Source: Lytechinus pictus (taxonomy: Eukaryota). Taken from it: a DNA stretch of 64,000 nt. Location: assembly GCF_037042905.1 (NCBI RefSeq), contig NC_087251.1, positions 14,386,001-14,450,000 of the forward strand. Direction: 5' to 3'. Numbering within the stretch: the first letter of the stretch is position 1; each line of letters opens with the position of its first letter. Made by a program: the position numbers and the translations under genes. Shown one piece after another: positions 1-14,693 of the stretch. A model generated the notes under the pieces. The model was not told where the DNA came from and did not search any database. It worked only from the letters and a program-made list of their open reading frames with translations.

Positions 1-600
1 AAGGTCAAGTCCACCCCAGAAAAATGTTGATTTGAATAAATAGAGAAAAGTCAAACTAGCATAACGCAAAAAATTTCATCAAAATCGGATGTAAAATAAG
101 AAAGTTATGGCATTTTAAAGTTTCGCTTATCTTTCACAAAACAGTGATATGCACAACTCAGTGACATGCAAATGAGTCAGTTGATGATGTCCATCACTCA
201 CTATTTATTTTGTTTTTTATTGTTTGAATTATACAATATTTCATTTTTTACAGATTTGACAATGAGGACCAACTTGACTGAACCACATAGTATCAAAAAA
301 TGCTAATTCCATATTTTCAGGGAGGAATTAATCTTTGTTTCACATGTCAATAAGAAGAAAGATTTGAATATTTCATATTTCATATAATAAAATACAAAAG
401 AAAATGTGAGTGGATGGCGTCATCAGTCTATTCATTTGCATACCGACCAGGATGTGCATATAACTGTTTTGTGAAATTAAGCAAAACTTTAAAATGTCAT
501 AACTTTCTTATTTTACATCCGATTTTGATGGGATTTTTAGTGTTATGCTTGTTGGATTTATCTCTTTTTAGTTAAATAAACTTTTTGTTGGGGTGGACTT
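1..600. mobile_element. MITE with long imperfect TIRs (Kolobok-like)
   Basis: AAGTCCACCCC at the window start and GGGGTGGACTT at ~590-600; positions ~1-160 are the reverse complement of ~450-600. Confidence 0.7.
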
Positions 601-1159
601 TGCTGCATGCTTTTTTCTTCTTCAAATAAACATGATGAAAGTGCATATTGTTTCTTAGAATAAGACATTAACACGATCCATGAAGCTTACCCAGTTGCCT
701 CCCCCCCCCCCCCCTCCCGAAAATTCAGCTCAAGTGCTAGTTACAGTTTCCTTTTTTCCCCTCTACAGTTGGGTAATCTAAAATAACCCCATAGTGATAT
801 GCAGTGTATATGCAGTCGCTTATCTTTTTAAAAGAAAATTAATCAATTTTCCAAATGTTCCATGGATATCGGAACAACAAATTAAAGCCTAAAACAACAT
901 TTAACACATCGTTAAACAAAATGACGCTCCTTGCAAATTTGATACTACATCAAAAGTCTTGCGGAATTTGTATACCTGGCAAAATGACAAATTCTTCGTC
1001 TTCGTCCCCTAATTAGTGTATCTCGTAGATCTATAATATTTCAATATGCCCAAAGCAAAATTATGTACATTGTACAATGAATTAGATGAAATGAGATCAA
1101 CGGGAATAGTGTCCCTGACTATAATATCACTCGTCTTTGTGGGAATGGTAAAATCCGCT

Positions 1160-1586
1160 TACAGGGGAAGTTCTCTCTGACGATAAGTTGGTTTTAAATA
1201 AAACCAGAAATTAAAGAGAAAATTAATGGTAAATGTATAATATGAAAATTCATCAAGGAATAAGAGAGTATGATTTTATTTGAAATCTTTAATGCATGGC
1301 GTGAGCAGTTCCCATTATATCATGTAATATAAATGCCATGAATACTTTTAAATGGAACATTATCACTTTTTTAATCTTAAAGGAAGGTGTATGAGTTGAT
1401 GATGTGTCTGATGATATATCTACCGCACAAATAAAATTGCATTTCGAGGAATTTTTATCACACGGGAAATGGAAGACTTGTCTTTGACGTCACATAATAA
1501 AAATCGCAAACCTTCACCAATGCTTTTTTCTATTTTTTCAACCGTTATTAAAACCAACTTATTGGCAGGGTGAAATTCCACTTTAA
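1160..1586. mobile_element. Degenerate MITE (Kolobok-like, TTAA flank)
   Basis: ATAAGTTGGTTTTAA near 1183 versus TTAAAACCAACTTAT near 1547; ends CCACTTTAA. Confidence 0.5.
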
Positions 1587-1920
1587 ATTCAAACGTTTCC
1601 CGGAGGCGTAACTGACACACAAATTTATCTTCATTGTGTAAAAGATTGTATCATTCACTCAAACAAAATAAGATAGCTTGGACAAGTATGTCATGGAATA
1701 TGAAAGAAGCACGTACAGGTAAAATAGTTTGTTGCATTCTTTATGGCATTCATTCAGTTAAAAAAAATAATGAAAATATTGCTCATATTCCATTTTGTCT
1801 CTGGATTCATGGATAATATCAAGGATTATCTCAACTGTACTAAATAGAAATAAAGCTGAAATTCAAATCTTCATAATTGAATATGAGAACTGTTATGATC
1901 GCAATCTGTGACCTCTCTAA

Positions 1921-2969
1921 ATCTCGGGTTACACCAAAACCGAATTCTCCCGAATAAATTCGGACCGATTCTGCCCGAATTCGGCCTGATTCGAATGATT
2001 TCAGAGGATTCGGAACTTATTCTTCTCCGATTCTGGGAGCTCCCGAATAGATCCCGATTCAGCGCAGTATCTCCAAGAATTGACCCGAATCAATTTTGGC
2101 CATTCTGAATAAAGTCGGATGCCACGTGAATATTGGAAAGTATAGAGCCAAAGGCGTCCAGAATCGAGCCGAATGTGTCCCGACTGCACCGATTACAGCC
2201 GAATGACGACCCGAATTTTGACCCGAATCGGAACGAATATGGCCGAATCTCCCCAGAATACTCCGAATACATGTACTCCCCTAATCCGACCGAATGTAAT
2301 CCGAATACATCCCAAAATAATGTGGCCCAAATGAAATTTGTTGTGGTTACATTCGGGAGTATTTTGAAGGGTAATTGGCTGGTTTTGAACGTTTTCATAA
2401 CGAGCCGAATTACCTCCGCGAATGTTTCCGAATCCCTCCCGACTTTTCTCCCATTCGCGAAGGGAAAATTGAAAACTCCCGAAACCACCCGATAGTGTAT
2501 TCGGATGGATTCGCAGCTGATTCGGTTCCGATGTAACTTACACCAAAACCGAACTCTCCCAAATAATTTCGGACCGAATCAGAGGCGAATCGGTCCGGAA
2601 TAGGTCCCGAATCGGAGCACAAGCGCCAAGAATTGTCCAAATGCATTCAAGAATCCAACCGAATACCATCCAGGTACATCTCGAATGTGGCCCGAATGAA
2701 ATTTGTCGTGGCCACATTCGGGAGTATTTTGGAGGGTATTCGGCTGGTTTTGCACATTTCAAAACGAGCCGAATCCGTCTACGAATGTTTCCGAATTTTC
2801 TAGCATTCGATTCGAGAAGGGAGAACAGAATCCCGAATCCTCCCGATTTGATTCGAGGAGCTCTCGAATCAGAGACGAATAGGTTCCAAATCCATCCGTA
2901 TCAGGCCATATTCGGGCAGAATCAGTCCGAATTTATTCGGGAGAATTCGGTTTTGGTTTAACCCCGGCT
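1921..2969. mobile_element. PIF/Harbinger-like MITE packed with CCGAAT/ATTCGG motifs
   Basis: ~75-bp imperfect TIRs (GGGTTACACCAAAACCGAATTCTCCCGAATAAATTCGGAC); TAA on both flanks; internal copy of the TIR near 2538. Confidence 0.75.
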
Positions 2970-3859
2970 TAAAATCCACACTGAATACGAAGAATATGAT
3001 TTATAGATGGATGAAATAATGTACGAGTTATTGAATTGAAAAGAAATATCATAAAGAAATAAGTATTATGTATATACTATTTGAGGCAAGAAGAAAGAGG
3101 GGATGGAGTTATTATTGACCCCCCTCTTCAATTTAAAAGTAGTGTCACCTTCTTTATGACACAACTTAAACATAACAAGTAATCCTCATCTTGCTTTTAA
3201 CATTCACAGCCAGAGGCAGTATTTATTCTGTAAAATAAGTTGTCAAGTAAACTTTGAAACGAAACAGAGCTCTCAAAAAATGCTTTATCATCCCATCCTA
3301 TGTTTATTATGAATTAAACTACGAAAAATAGCGAGAGCCACAGCAACAATAGCAACAACAACAAAACTATCCAAGGCAGCAACGGAATATCTTTGTAAAA
3401 TTCGACACCAATAATGAAGAGACTATAAATTCTCCTTCAATTCCTCCATTCATTACTATGTTTTTTTTAAATGTCCATGTTCTTTTGTCCTATTTCACTC
3501 CTTTTTCTGAAATTTAAATTTTAAAATTGAAATGAGAACATTTTTGTCCAAAATTAAAAAAATCGGAAGAAAATCCAAAAAGCGCCATTTATTTGTGTAC
3601 TACAAAAATACGAGCGAACTTCGTAGCTATAATAATTATGGCGACCAGTCAGCTGCCATATCGTGTATTGGATTCAATAAATTCTAGAATAATTGGCTTC
3701 CCTCGTTATCATTTGTGATTGATTGGATCAATCGCATTCTTTTGTTAGACGGCTCCCTGGTGTGAATTTTCTCTTCCTGCATTTCTTAAATAATTCGTCT
3801 TATTTTTAAATCTATATTACTACTTTTGTGTTTTTGTTTGATTGATGGGTGATGAGCTA

Positions 3860-4048
3860 CACAGTAAAAAAAACACATTGTTTAAGCCTGTCACAGGTTG
3901 TTTAAACTGTTTTAAAACTTGTTTTAAAAGTTTAAACAGTTGTTTAAAAAGTCATAACATTTGTTTAAAAAGTTTTAAACAGTAGTTGTTAGAGTGACGG
4001 GCTTTAACAATTAACGTGCTTAAAATTTTAAACAGCGTGTTTACAGTG
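3860..4048. mobile_element. Small MITE, TA|CACAGTAAA...TTTACAGTG|TA, with TTTAAAC repeats
   Basis: Short TIRs, TA on both flanks. Confidence 0.55.
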
Positions 4049-5751
4049 TAGGGCTGAAAAGGGACGGGGGGTGCTACGGCCGTCATTAGATGAGTCTTTA
4101 ATGAGGTATTCAAAGCATGTTAAGTTGGTTGTATTTGATTATTGTAAACATGCTATTTCAACCGTCAATAGCTCTGTGGTTTTCATCAACGTTACTTTAA
4201 AGTCCCGTTTTGTTATCCATAAATTCAGAACAGATCTTCTCAGAATATGATTTTTCCTTGGTTTCGGGGGCCATTGATTGGTTTCTTAAGTTGATTATGC
4301 CTGTGTTTACCATATTTCTTAGACACGTTAATCTTGCCGCAGCACTGCAATAGCAAGAGATTTAGAAATCTGATTTATGTAACATTTCCGACTTGTTTTA
4401 AATAAACTCTTTTTCCTTTTATACCCCATATCCTCCACCTTCTCCTCATTAATTTTCTTAATTCTTCATCTTTTTCTTCGTCGTCTTCTTCTTCTTCTCC
4501 TCCTCCTCGAGCTCCTTCTTATTTTATACCCTTCTCCCTTTATTTACCTAAGGCTTTATTAGAACTATGAACATTTTCTATCAAAGAAGTTCGATTAGTT
4601 GATTATTTGGTATTTTAGTAACTTAATTATACTATATGCAATTCAAGACATACACAAAAGAAGAGGATTTCCCCCTTTTCAAGTGCGGAAATATTATTTT
4701 GTTATTTTTCAATTGGATTCAAATGCCTATTTATATTAATCATAGCGGAGTAGCTCCATGATCATTCTATAGTTCTATATGCTTGTTTCACTGACGCGGT
4801 TGTTTTGTTGTCTGTGTCATTGATTTATGATGTTTGATGTCAATATCTGGACGCTATAATTTGTTTAAAATCTATTTTAATATTTACCCCATGTGCTATA
4901 AAATCATAAAACCTGACACCTTCCTTCTCAATACAAACTCGATGTCTTTCTATCAAACATTGTAATGAGTATATAAAATCGAATTATCAAAAATTGATCA
5001 TTAACATTCTTTTTACTGGAATGATCATTAACACATATCTTTGCTACCGTGATAGCGTCCCATGCCTGGTTATCCGTTGATTGATTTATTGATTGTATCT
5101 ATTCCTTCTCATTTCAACTTAAACAAAATTTACATTGTAAAGCAGAACATAAACTACATTATGAAAAAAAGAATCCATTGGAAAGCATAGCTTGTTTATG
5201 TTACTACATGGGTTACCTGCAATAAATAAAAACTCATAAAAATATAACTTTTCTCCAATTAAATTCAGATCGTTATTAACAAGGTCCAACAAAATATTAA
5301 AACATACTATGGGGCCAAATTCTTCATGCCTATGCAGAATGTGAACATCAAAATAGGTCATGTCCTACTGAGAGCGGATTTTAATGATTATATAATGTAT
5401 ATACAGACGAGAAAAAAATCACGCTCCCGGATCTTGCTATTATTTTTATCAAAAATATTATTATATCATTATAAAAAGTTGAAGAAGATAAGTATGAAGG
5501 CATATTGTCCCAAAACCTATTTTGATGAACTTATGGTGAGATTATTTTGCCTAAATGTTAAAATAGAACAAAGGAAAATGACTAGAATCGCAGATGAAAG
5601 CAGCATTCTGGGTAGTCTACAGGCACAGACCCTGATCGAAACTTTGATCAACAAGTGAGTTTCCACGCAAAGACTAGCAAATACAAAACTTGCTGTTTCA
5701 ATTCAGGCGAGAGGGACTTCAGTACACAAAGCATTAGCAAGCTGCACATTC

Positions 5752-6940
5752 AGACCCTTAACTATGCCCTCTGCGGAAAAATGCAGTATCTGACATTTTT
5801 TCCCCACTTTTTTTCTGAAAAATAGGCAGTAAACCACCCTTTTTCACATGACACATCCAGTTTTCTAAGTTTCTTTTGGGAAAGCCACTTTTCAGTAACT
5901 GCAAAACGCAGTATCTACACATAACTTATAGGGTTTCCCCATGTATCTACATTTTGCAAAAGTTGAGATAAGCATGTTATTTGATTCTTTCAAAGCCGCT
6001 TGAGACTATTTCAATTCTCAAGTATTCCTCTATCATCAAATTGTAGATTATATATGTGTCAATTTCAGGAACCTCCCCCCCCCCCCCCAAAAAAAAAAAT
6101 ATATATATATATTTTGAGACATTGACGCAAATGTAGATTTGAAGCGAATGCTCAGTTTCCCCATGAAAAAAACGCAGTATCTATAGATGAAGAGCATGTT
6201 GCTAAATTTCATTTTTTCCCCATAAATTCCTCAGTCGATATGAAATAATTTATCAATGTGTAATTCAAGGGGAAATTAATAGCACAGAAAATGAAGGGCG
6301 CCTTCTACTAACAAAGGCGCCCTCTGTGGTAAAGTCCTAAACTTCACGGGAAATGTCTCAAGAAGGTTGGAATTTTTCTACAGAGGGGGCCGTAGTTTGT
6401 AGCGGGCACCCCAGTGTTTTTAAGCTAGTATTACATCAAGATCTGAGTACAAACTCAAGAAGATAAAATCGATAAACACAGCAACTCAGGAGACGTGTTA
6501 ATTACGAACTTTACAAGAATGTTTTGCGTAATTTTTTACTATGATTTTGGGAAATTTACCACAGAGGGCGCCCCCGTGTGTATTTTTTTAAATTGAATTA
6601 CACATTGATACATTATTTCATGGTAATGAAGCAATATAGATTGAGTAAGTGATGATAAAACTGAATGCAATTCTCTTTCATCTGTAGATACTGCGTTTTT
6701 CCATGGGGATACGAGCATTCGCCTCGACTATCTACATTTTCTTAATATCTTAAAAACAACAACAACAACAATATTTGTTTTTGGTGGGGCCAGAAATAGG
6801 CACATTATGTACTCTACAATTTATTTGATGATAAAAGAATACTGCGAAATGAAATAGTTTTGAGCGGCTTTGAGAAAAACATAAAATGCTTAATATCTCA
6901 ACTTGTGCAAAATGTAGATACTGCGTTATTGAAGGGTTTG
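5752..6940. mobile_element. Degenerate foldback-shaped MITE
   Basis: ~5940-6330 is an imperfect reverse complement of ~6555-6930 (GCAGTATCTAC/GTAGATACTGC, CGCCCTCTGTGGTAAA/TTTACCACAGAGGGCG). Confidence 0.6.
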
Positions 6941-8104
6941 CACAGCAGACTACATTCTGGGAGGCATGCCCAATAATACGATAAAGGTTTACAAAAGCAC
7001 GAAGAAGGGGTTGTTTTTTACGATCTGGTAATATTTGAGTAGAATGAAAATGGTATCAATGTTAAAGGGTTATTTATACTTCTTAAATGCATATTGGGCG
7101 TGGATTGGTTCATCCTATCAAGAAAATAGGTAATCAAAATAAAGAAAACATGACGAATTATTTAAAGGGGTGGGTCTATAATACTCTAGGCTGAAATTAA
7201 TATGATTTGAACAGATCACACAAACAAAATACTTAAATTCCATCAAAATCAGACAAGGAATAACAAAATTTTGCACCATTTCGGTCAAACATTTTCGCTG
7301 ATGATGTCATATTTCTTCTTATTTTGTTGTACTTTATTATACTAAACTATATTTATTCAAAATGTTGTCCTCCAATAATTGAAAATTGGATTGATTATAT
7401 CTATATGCACTAGCTTATAGATGGGAAAGGGGGCTGGGGCCATGTATCCCAAAAATTTCATGACCAAGAAATTAAAATAAAAAAACATTGGTATAGAACT
7501 ACATATTTATTTAACTTAATGGAATGCTTCAAATGAAATTAGAAAGAAGGAATGAGTTTAAGTTAAAGAGTGGGGCGAATTTTCAGACGTTTCTTCAATA
7601 CCCTGAGCAAGCCTGGCAAATGATATCAGATCACCTCTTATCATTTTTTATTTCTATTATTTGAAATTATATATATATTCATTTTTTTTTCTTCCAAGAA
7701 TTGACTACTGATTTTATGTGCATTGGCGTACAGACAGGGGGCCTAGAACACCCCCCCCCCAAAAAAAAAAGAGGAAAATAATGATCGAGAAAAAGGGGAG
7801 AATAAATAAGAAAAGGAAAGGATAAGGGGTGAATCATGGTATTATTCTTAAATCATTATCCATCACAACATTGGATTTTTCGCTCTCTTGCAGCTTTATA
7901 AAAAAAAAATTGCCAAATAGGGCCTACGCCAGCATAATTTGCGCACGGACATTCCGGGCCAAGAAAGTGAGCAAACTTCTATGAGATGCTCTTCAATCGG
8001 CTCTCCAAGAATTACCCCAACGAACATTAATCCCTTCTAAATGACTTGTGCCATTCTCTTGCCGCATGACCCGTCCCTTCCTCATACAGTTAACGATTCC
8101 ATCC

Positions 8105-11100
8105 CAGGGGCGTCGATTCATTTTTCCGATGGGGGGGGGGGGGAGGGGGCAAAATCATGAGTAAACTTTCCAAAGGCGCTCGATCACACAAAACAAACAC
8201 ACACATATATGCCTATATATATATTATATGACTCATGAGATAGAGACACATATCTCACCAACAAATTAATGCGTGCGCTGAAATTTCTTTATATTCTGAC
8301 CTGAAAGCTTGATATTCTAAGCATTTTTGGTACCAATGATTACGATGGGTATCTTAAAAAACAATAGGGGGGGGGGCCCGGAATTTTTTTCAGCCATATT
8401 TTCCTCGATCGGCCGCTCGAAGATGATTTTTGGTTTCTTTGAAGGGGTAGTCCTAATAGTAACTTCTTAGCTTTATTCTAATGAATAAACATTAATATAT
8501 AGTATCATTATTTATACAATGCGAGCGCGAAGCGCGAGCTAAATTTTTTTGGAAATCTTATGTATATTTTCCTAAAATTTTGAACATTCTGGGCAATGTT
8601 TGATATCCTGAAAGATAGGTATGCAAATGAATAACTATTACGAACGTGAAGCGCGAGCAGAAATGAACTGATGGAAAGCTACATGTTAAAGACTGCTTGC
8701 AGTTAGCCATGAGACGTTACATATTTCAAAAATCAAATTATGCGAGCGCGAAGCGCGAGCTGATTTTTTTATACATTTTTACCTAAGGAATGGAAATTTT
8801 AAGCACTTTTTGCAACTCAAACAGAATAGGTATGTAACTAAACAATATTGATGCAAGCGCGAAATTTCGAGATTTAGACCTACTAAACGAGACACTCTAT
8901 TCAAGTTTTGTAAATCATGAAAAGGATGAGTAAGTGGAGATCTTCCTTACATTAAAATAATGCGAGCGCAGAGCGCGAGCAGAAAGTTTTTATATACGTT
9001 TATTACTCAATATCGAAAAGGTACCTGTTAAGGACTGCTATTGCACTAAGTCATGATGACGTTACATATTTCAATAATCAAATAATGCGAGCGCGAACCG
9101 CGAGCTGAAATTTTCACATTTCTAAATAAAGAATGTAAGATTGTAATCAAATTTTGTAATCGTGAACAGGATAGGTATATAACTAAACAATTTATTGATG
9201 CGAGCGCGAAGCGCGAGCGGATAAAATCGAGATTTAGACCTAAAACGGGACACTATATTCATGTTTTGTAAATCATGAAAAGGATGAGTAATTGGAAATC
9301 TTCCGACATTAATATTGCGAGCGCAAATTTTTAATATACGTTTTGATCTAATAAAAAAATGATCTGTTAACGGCTGCTTGCAGTTAGCCCTGAAGATGTT
9401 ACATATTTCAATAATCAAAGAATGCGAGCGCGAAGCGCGGGCTAAAAATTGACATTTCTACCTGAAGAATGGACATTCTAAGAACTTTTTTGTAATCGTG
9501 AAAAGGATAAGTATGTAACTAAACAATTTTTTAGATTTAGATTTAGATTTTATTTCCGTTCAACAATTTTTTCAAAATATAATCAAAGTAACAATACATA
9601 TTCAATATAATCGATAATACAGACAAATCAATGAAATTTCGTAACAAATGTTGAATATAAATTAAACAAAACTACAATTTGTTGCAGTAATATTATCAAT
9701 GAAAAGAAACAAGAAATGAACGGAGGGACTTGCCAAGAAAAGCAAAAGCTTGTAGAGAAGGCAAGCCCCTAAACTTAGTTTCAATACTTATTATAAACAA
9801 ACTATATATATACAACTCTATACAAAAATCGAGACGGACACAGAAGACAAACTTAAAACAAGTAATCCACAAATATCAAAATAAAACGAATAAGCGACAA
9901 CAAAAATAAGAGAAAGTAATTCAAATAATAATAATTACAGTGGTAACACCAAAAAAAAGTACTTACAAAATCATAATAGGGAGGGAAAAGTGGCAATTGA
10001 TGAGAGCGCGAAGCGCGAGCGGAAAATTCGAAAATGGGACACTCTATTCATGTTTTGTAAATCATGAAAAGGATGAGTAATTGGAAATCTTCCTACATAA
10101 ATATTGCGAGCGCAAAGCGCGAGCAAAAAATTTTTGATATTGTAAAATGAAACTGGATAATGACTTAAACAGAGAACAAGCTGCATATCTGAATAAAGAT
10201 GCGCGCGCGTGTTTCAGATTTAGACCTAGAATCTGGGTGGGCATTCTAAATACCTTTTTTTATCATGAAAATCGATAAAGTGAGCGCGAAGCGCGAGCTT
10301 AGAATATTTGATATTCCGATCTGAAAAAGGTCAATTTAAGCTCTGTATTTCAGGCACTTTGTAGGAAAATTGTGAGGTGGATATGGATCACATTTAAAAA
10401 AAAGAGCTTATATGCTTTATTATTATTACTTTGAGTTTTGATATAGGACCAGGACATTCCAAGAACATTATGTCATCATATGAAAATGATGACTATATCT
10501 TCTTATTTCTATTCCTAAGCGCGAGATTGAACTTGTCGATATTCTATTCTAAAAAAGGGACAGTTTGATTCTTAAATAAGCCTTATGTGAGAGCGATAAA
10601 CTGTTAATATTATGGCCTGAAAACTGGACATTTAAAGCACTTTTGTATTTATGAATAAGATGCATGAGTTGATATATTTTCAACAATCAATGCGAGAGCA
10701 AATCGCGAGCCGAAATTTTAATATTCAGACCATAAAACAGAAAGTTTTACAGAGCACATCTTAAAAATCAGACAAAATAATGAAAGTTCGATTTTTGAGC
10801 TGAAATATGTTTTCTATGTTGACTTCAAATTTTGATATTTCAAGCTCCATATTGATATGTAAATCACCTAACAGGCAATGCGAGCGCGAAGCGCGAGCGA
10901 TTTTTTTTTATAGTGACATGAAAGATTTTAAAAATTATTTTCCTAGTCTTCCCCTCATCTTATTTTATTCACTCGTTTTCCTCTTCTTGTGTTTCCCCTT
11001 CTTTTTATTCCTCTCTTTTCCCTTCTTTTTCTTTTTTTTCTTTCTTCCCCCCTTTTTCTTTTTTTTTTGCTCCCCAATAGGGGGGCCCGGGCCCCTCGGC

Positions 11101-11126
11101 CCCCCCCCCCCCTGGATCCGCCTATG
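8105..11126. mobile_element. Composite hAT-like non-autonomous element(s) with periodic GCGAGCGCGAAGCGCGAGC motifs
   Basis: CAGGGGCG plus G-run left end; C-run plus GGATCCGCCTATG right end; internal ~110-120-bp subunits; no matching TSD, so probably composite. Confidence 0.6.
9529..9993 (-). mobile_element. 3' end of a CR1/L2-group LINE or derived SINE inserted in the hAT-like element
   Basis: (TTTAGA)n tail, AATAAA on the minus strand, stem-loop core AAAAGC..AGCTTGTAG shared with 12315-12365; interrupts a repeat subunit. Confidence 0.6.
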
Positions 11127-12164
11127 TCATCTGTTTAACAACTACTCAAAAGTTCATAAAGTAAACAGCGTTGTATAACATTGATGGGAAAAAAGAACAC
11201 GGACTGCCAAGGATACTCCAGGCAGCCACACGGACCTACATGGCAAATACACGGCAGTTACACGGACCATCCCGGATGGCTTGTCTACCCGGCAGTCCAA
11301 TGATGGCGCCGGATGTTTTTTACAGTAAAAAACTGTCGTGGTGGCCTCCCGGACGTTCAAGGACCAACACAGTACAGACCACCATGGACCTCCAAGGATG
11401 CCCAAGGCGCCAACACGGATCTCTCCCCGGATCAGATCCGGGATGGTCCGGGCTGTGACTGGGGCTTTAGATCTGATGTAAGTTTTCTTTTAGCCCGGAG
11501 TCCGCATTTAAGGCTTTCTGTGATCGAAGAAAATATACTTGTTTAGAGTCCTTTTTTAAAGTTAATGTACAAGCATTGGTGTAAACCTTTTAGAATTGAC
11601 ACTCATTTTTTCCCTTTCCAGAGTCATAAAGCTGAAACAACTTAGTCTACAGACGGAAATGGCTGATAGAGAAAAGTCTACTCTTTCGTCTCCACGTGGT
11701 TTTAAGAAAACAAAAGTTGCTTTCTTACGTAGCCGAACCATCATTTTGCCACATTGGGGGCTCCAAAAATATTTAAATAGTCAAGCTACGGATAAGGGTG
11801 GGGTACCTTCGACAGGCTCTTATGATTTAAAGTGCCTGAACGTAATTGCGTACAACATGCAGAGCAATGCCTCTTCTAACTTTTCCAAGAGGTTTCATTA
11901 ACATAAAAGTCGCTTAAATGTGCAGAAACGCCCTTTTCCCTCATATCCATCTAAGTATTATAGGCCTATACCTTTATATTGCTACGCATATTACATTCAT
12001 TTCTGCGTGCTAGTCACACCAACAAAGGCAAGGCAGGACCGATTCAAGCTATTGTACTCTCTTGAAAGGCATGCCAGCGATCGCATTGTAGTCGGTATCA
12101 ATAGTGTGACTAAGACACGGAGGCTGCTTTTTGGTGTCATTTCATCGCAATATCGAGTAATACA

Positions 12165-12414
12165 TTCAATTCAATTCAATTCAATTCAATTCATTTATTT
12201 TCTCTTTCAATCTTTTTACATTTACAATGATAGTTCAATATACATATTTACAAAATATAACATTTAAATCATTTTTCTATCATTTTTCTATCATACAATA
12301 ATACCATGAAATCGAAAGGGAAGGAGACCAACTAAAAAGCAGAGCTTGTAGGGTGAAGGCCCCCTTTTATAAGTAATTTTTTATGAATAAAAAATAAGAT
12401 AAAATAAAGAAATT

Positions 12415-12454
<40 letters not shown>

Positions 12455-13290
12455 AATAAAAAATAAACAAATAAAAATAAAAATAAATAAATAATAATAA
12501 AAATAAATGATTCAGTATACACTGTATACAGAAATCATAAAACGATTAAACATATATACAAAGAGAAATTAATAAACACATTTACATATTAAGTTCTAAA
12601 TTACATTACTTTGGGAAAAAACGATAATCTAATATGAATTCAGTAGATATTTTTTAAGTTTTCCTTTGAAATTGTGTATTGAATTACATTGTATATCTTT
12701 TGAAAAAGAATTCCATAATTTTGGACCAGTAAAAACAAATGTCTTCTGTGCAAACGATGTTCTATTCAGAGGTAAATGAAAGGAACTCGCCTGGCGAGTG
12801 AAGTGCTTATGAATTGTATCATTTTTTACAAACATATTATTAAAAGGTAACGGTAATTGTTTATTGATAAACTTGAACATTAACTGTCCGAGTTGAAAAG
12901 AATATAAATCTTTAACCTTCAAGACTTTATTTCTCAAAAACAGAATATTTGTATGTGCCCTGAATTCTGCATGACTAATAATACGAATCACTCTTTTTTG
13001 TAAAATAAAAAGTCTATTAATTTGAGAATTCGCTGCATTACCCCACGCAACAAATCCGTAATTCAAATAAGGTAAAATTAACGTTGAATACAATGATAAC
13101 AAAATATAATGGGGTAAGAAGTAGCTTAATTTTCTAATGACACCGATGTTGCGAGCAATGATTTTACAAATATTATCAATATGTGCTTTCCAAGAAAGTT
13201 TTTCGTCAATGATCAGTCCCAAAAATTTAGTAGATCGCACTCTTTGAATGACAATATCATTTAAAATTACATCTTTTGGTACACTCGTAA
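12165..13290 (-). mobile_element. 5'-truncated CR1/L2-group LINE (C-terminal ORF2 12629-13240, 3' UTR, (TTGAA)n tail)
   Basis: KFLGLIIDEKLSWKAHID...LYSTLILPYLNYG..WG...LQKRVIRII...GPKLWN; (ATTCA)n at ~12165-12195. Confidence 0.88.
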
Positions 13291-14693
13291 TCTTGTTAAA
13301 AGGTATTTACCCCTTATCTAATCAAATTAAGACATGAAAACTGTCATGAAGCATATCAATATTCTAGTCAATATTTTAAATACATCCTATTTCGTGCCGA
13401 ATGCTGATATTTTGTATTAGTTGTTGATGTTAATGATAAAACAGAAAGATATCGATGCACATGCAAATGTTTGACCAAAACATGGAAATGTTGGCATAGA
13501 TTCTCATATTTTTCAAAAAATATTTATCGGACCGTCCAGAAAACGCCTATCTCAATTATGGTGAAATGCGTATTAATTTAAGATTTTCCCCATTGTCTGT
13601 GCTAAAAATATGAAAGTAATTGATTTTCATGAAAATCAAAGATGGCCTCTATAATTGCCAATTTTGACCCCCATGGGACATGATTTGGCAAAGGGATCGA
13701 ACATCAAGATTCATTAACTAGACACTTCAGGCAATACAAGAAAGTTGGTCAAAATATATATCATGATGGTGCACGGGTGACGGGAACCCCCGATTTCCGA
13801 CTCGACTAACTCGGATAGACTACTAGTATTACTCCATAGAGGTAGATTATTTTCATCCACTTAGAACTACATGTAGTAGGTTTCATGAGCCTAATTACAA
13901 TAGGAAGGTATACGATATTCATTCGATTTTTTTTTTATATTGGTGATTGACAAAAGTGTAAGAATATAATTGAAAATCTAACACTGATTCTAGAAATGGT
14001 AACTACTGAACTTCCTTCGCCCAAATTGGGAAGATATAACAATGACTTTGGAACTATTTTTTGACTGGCGGAAGAATTAGGGCTATTTTACTGTTTCAGT
14101 TGATAAATTTGATCCCATCATAGTCCATAGTTATCTTCATAAATGGCGATTTATTTTTAAAATAGGCTGGCCACGATACCCTTTTCTGGTCAGATATGGA
14201 ATGTCAGATATATATCCTATCCAATGGTAGTAAACATTCGACCCACTAATTTCACGTTAATTTTTAATGAATTTTTTAAAGTGCCATTTCAACACACATA
14301 TGGGGAATGTTTTACGCGCGTGACATACTCTGAAGAAATAAATCATCTAGCGCCATCTCTTAGTAAAAAATAGGTAGGCACTTATGATCCAAGTTTGAAA
14401 GGAGACTCGTAAAATGACGTCAGTCTCGCCGATGAATATTCATTAGATCGTGGTCGTGCGTGTTCAATACACACTGCGTGCAGGCATGCAGATAGTTATA
14501 TGCGAGGAACTTTGGCTCCAGAGACATTTTGCAAGTTGTCAAATAACGTGTGTGTGTGTGCGTGTGTGTACCATCGGCTGGTAGTATGCCATACTGTCTA
14601 AGACTTCAAACGCGTCGGAGAGAGTGCATGGCAATTCGGTAAAACGAAGTTTCCAATACAAAGAGATAATAAAATAACACTATGTACAGTACG

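Noticed and set aside
1908..2961. Cluster of overlapping ORFs on both strands
   Set aside because: By-product of the GC-richer, CCGAAT-repetitive MITE; no protein similarity recognisable.
8515..10900. CRISPR-like repeat-spacer reading of the GCGCGAAGCGC motif array
   Set aside because: The 'spacers' are homologous to one another (higher-order ~340-bp duplications) and lie inside a transposon-like element.
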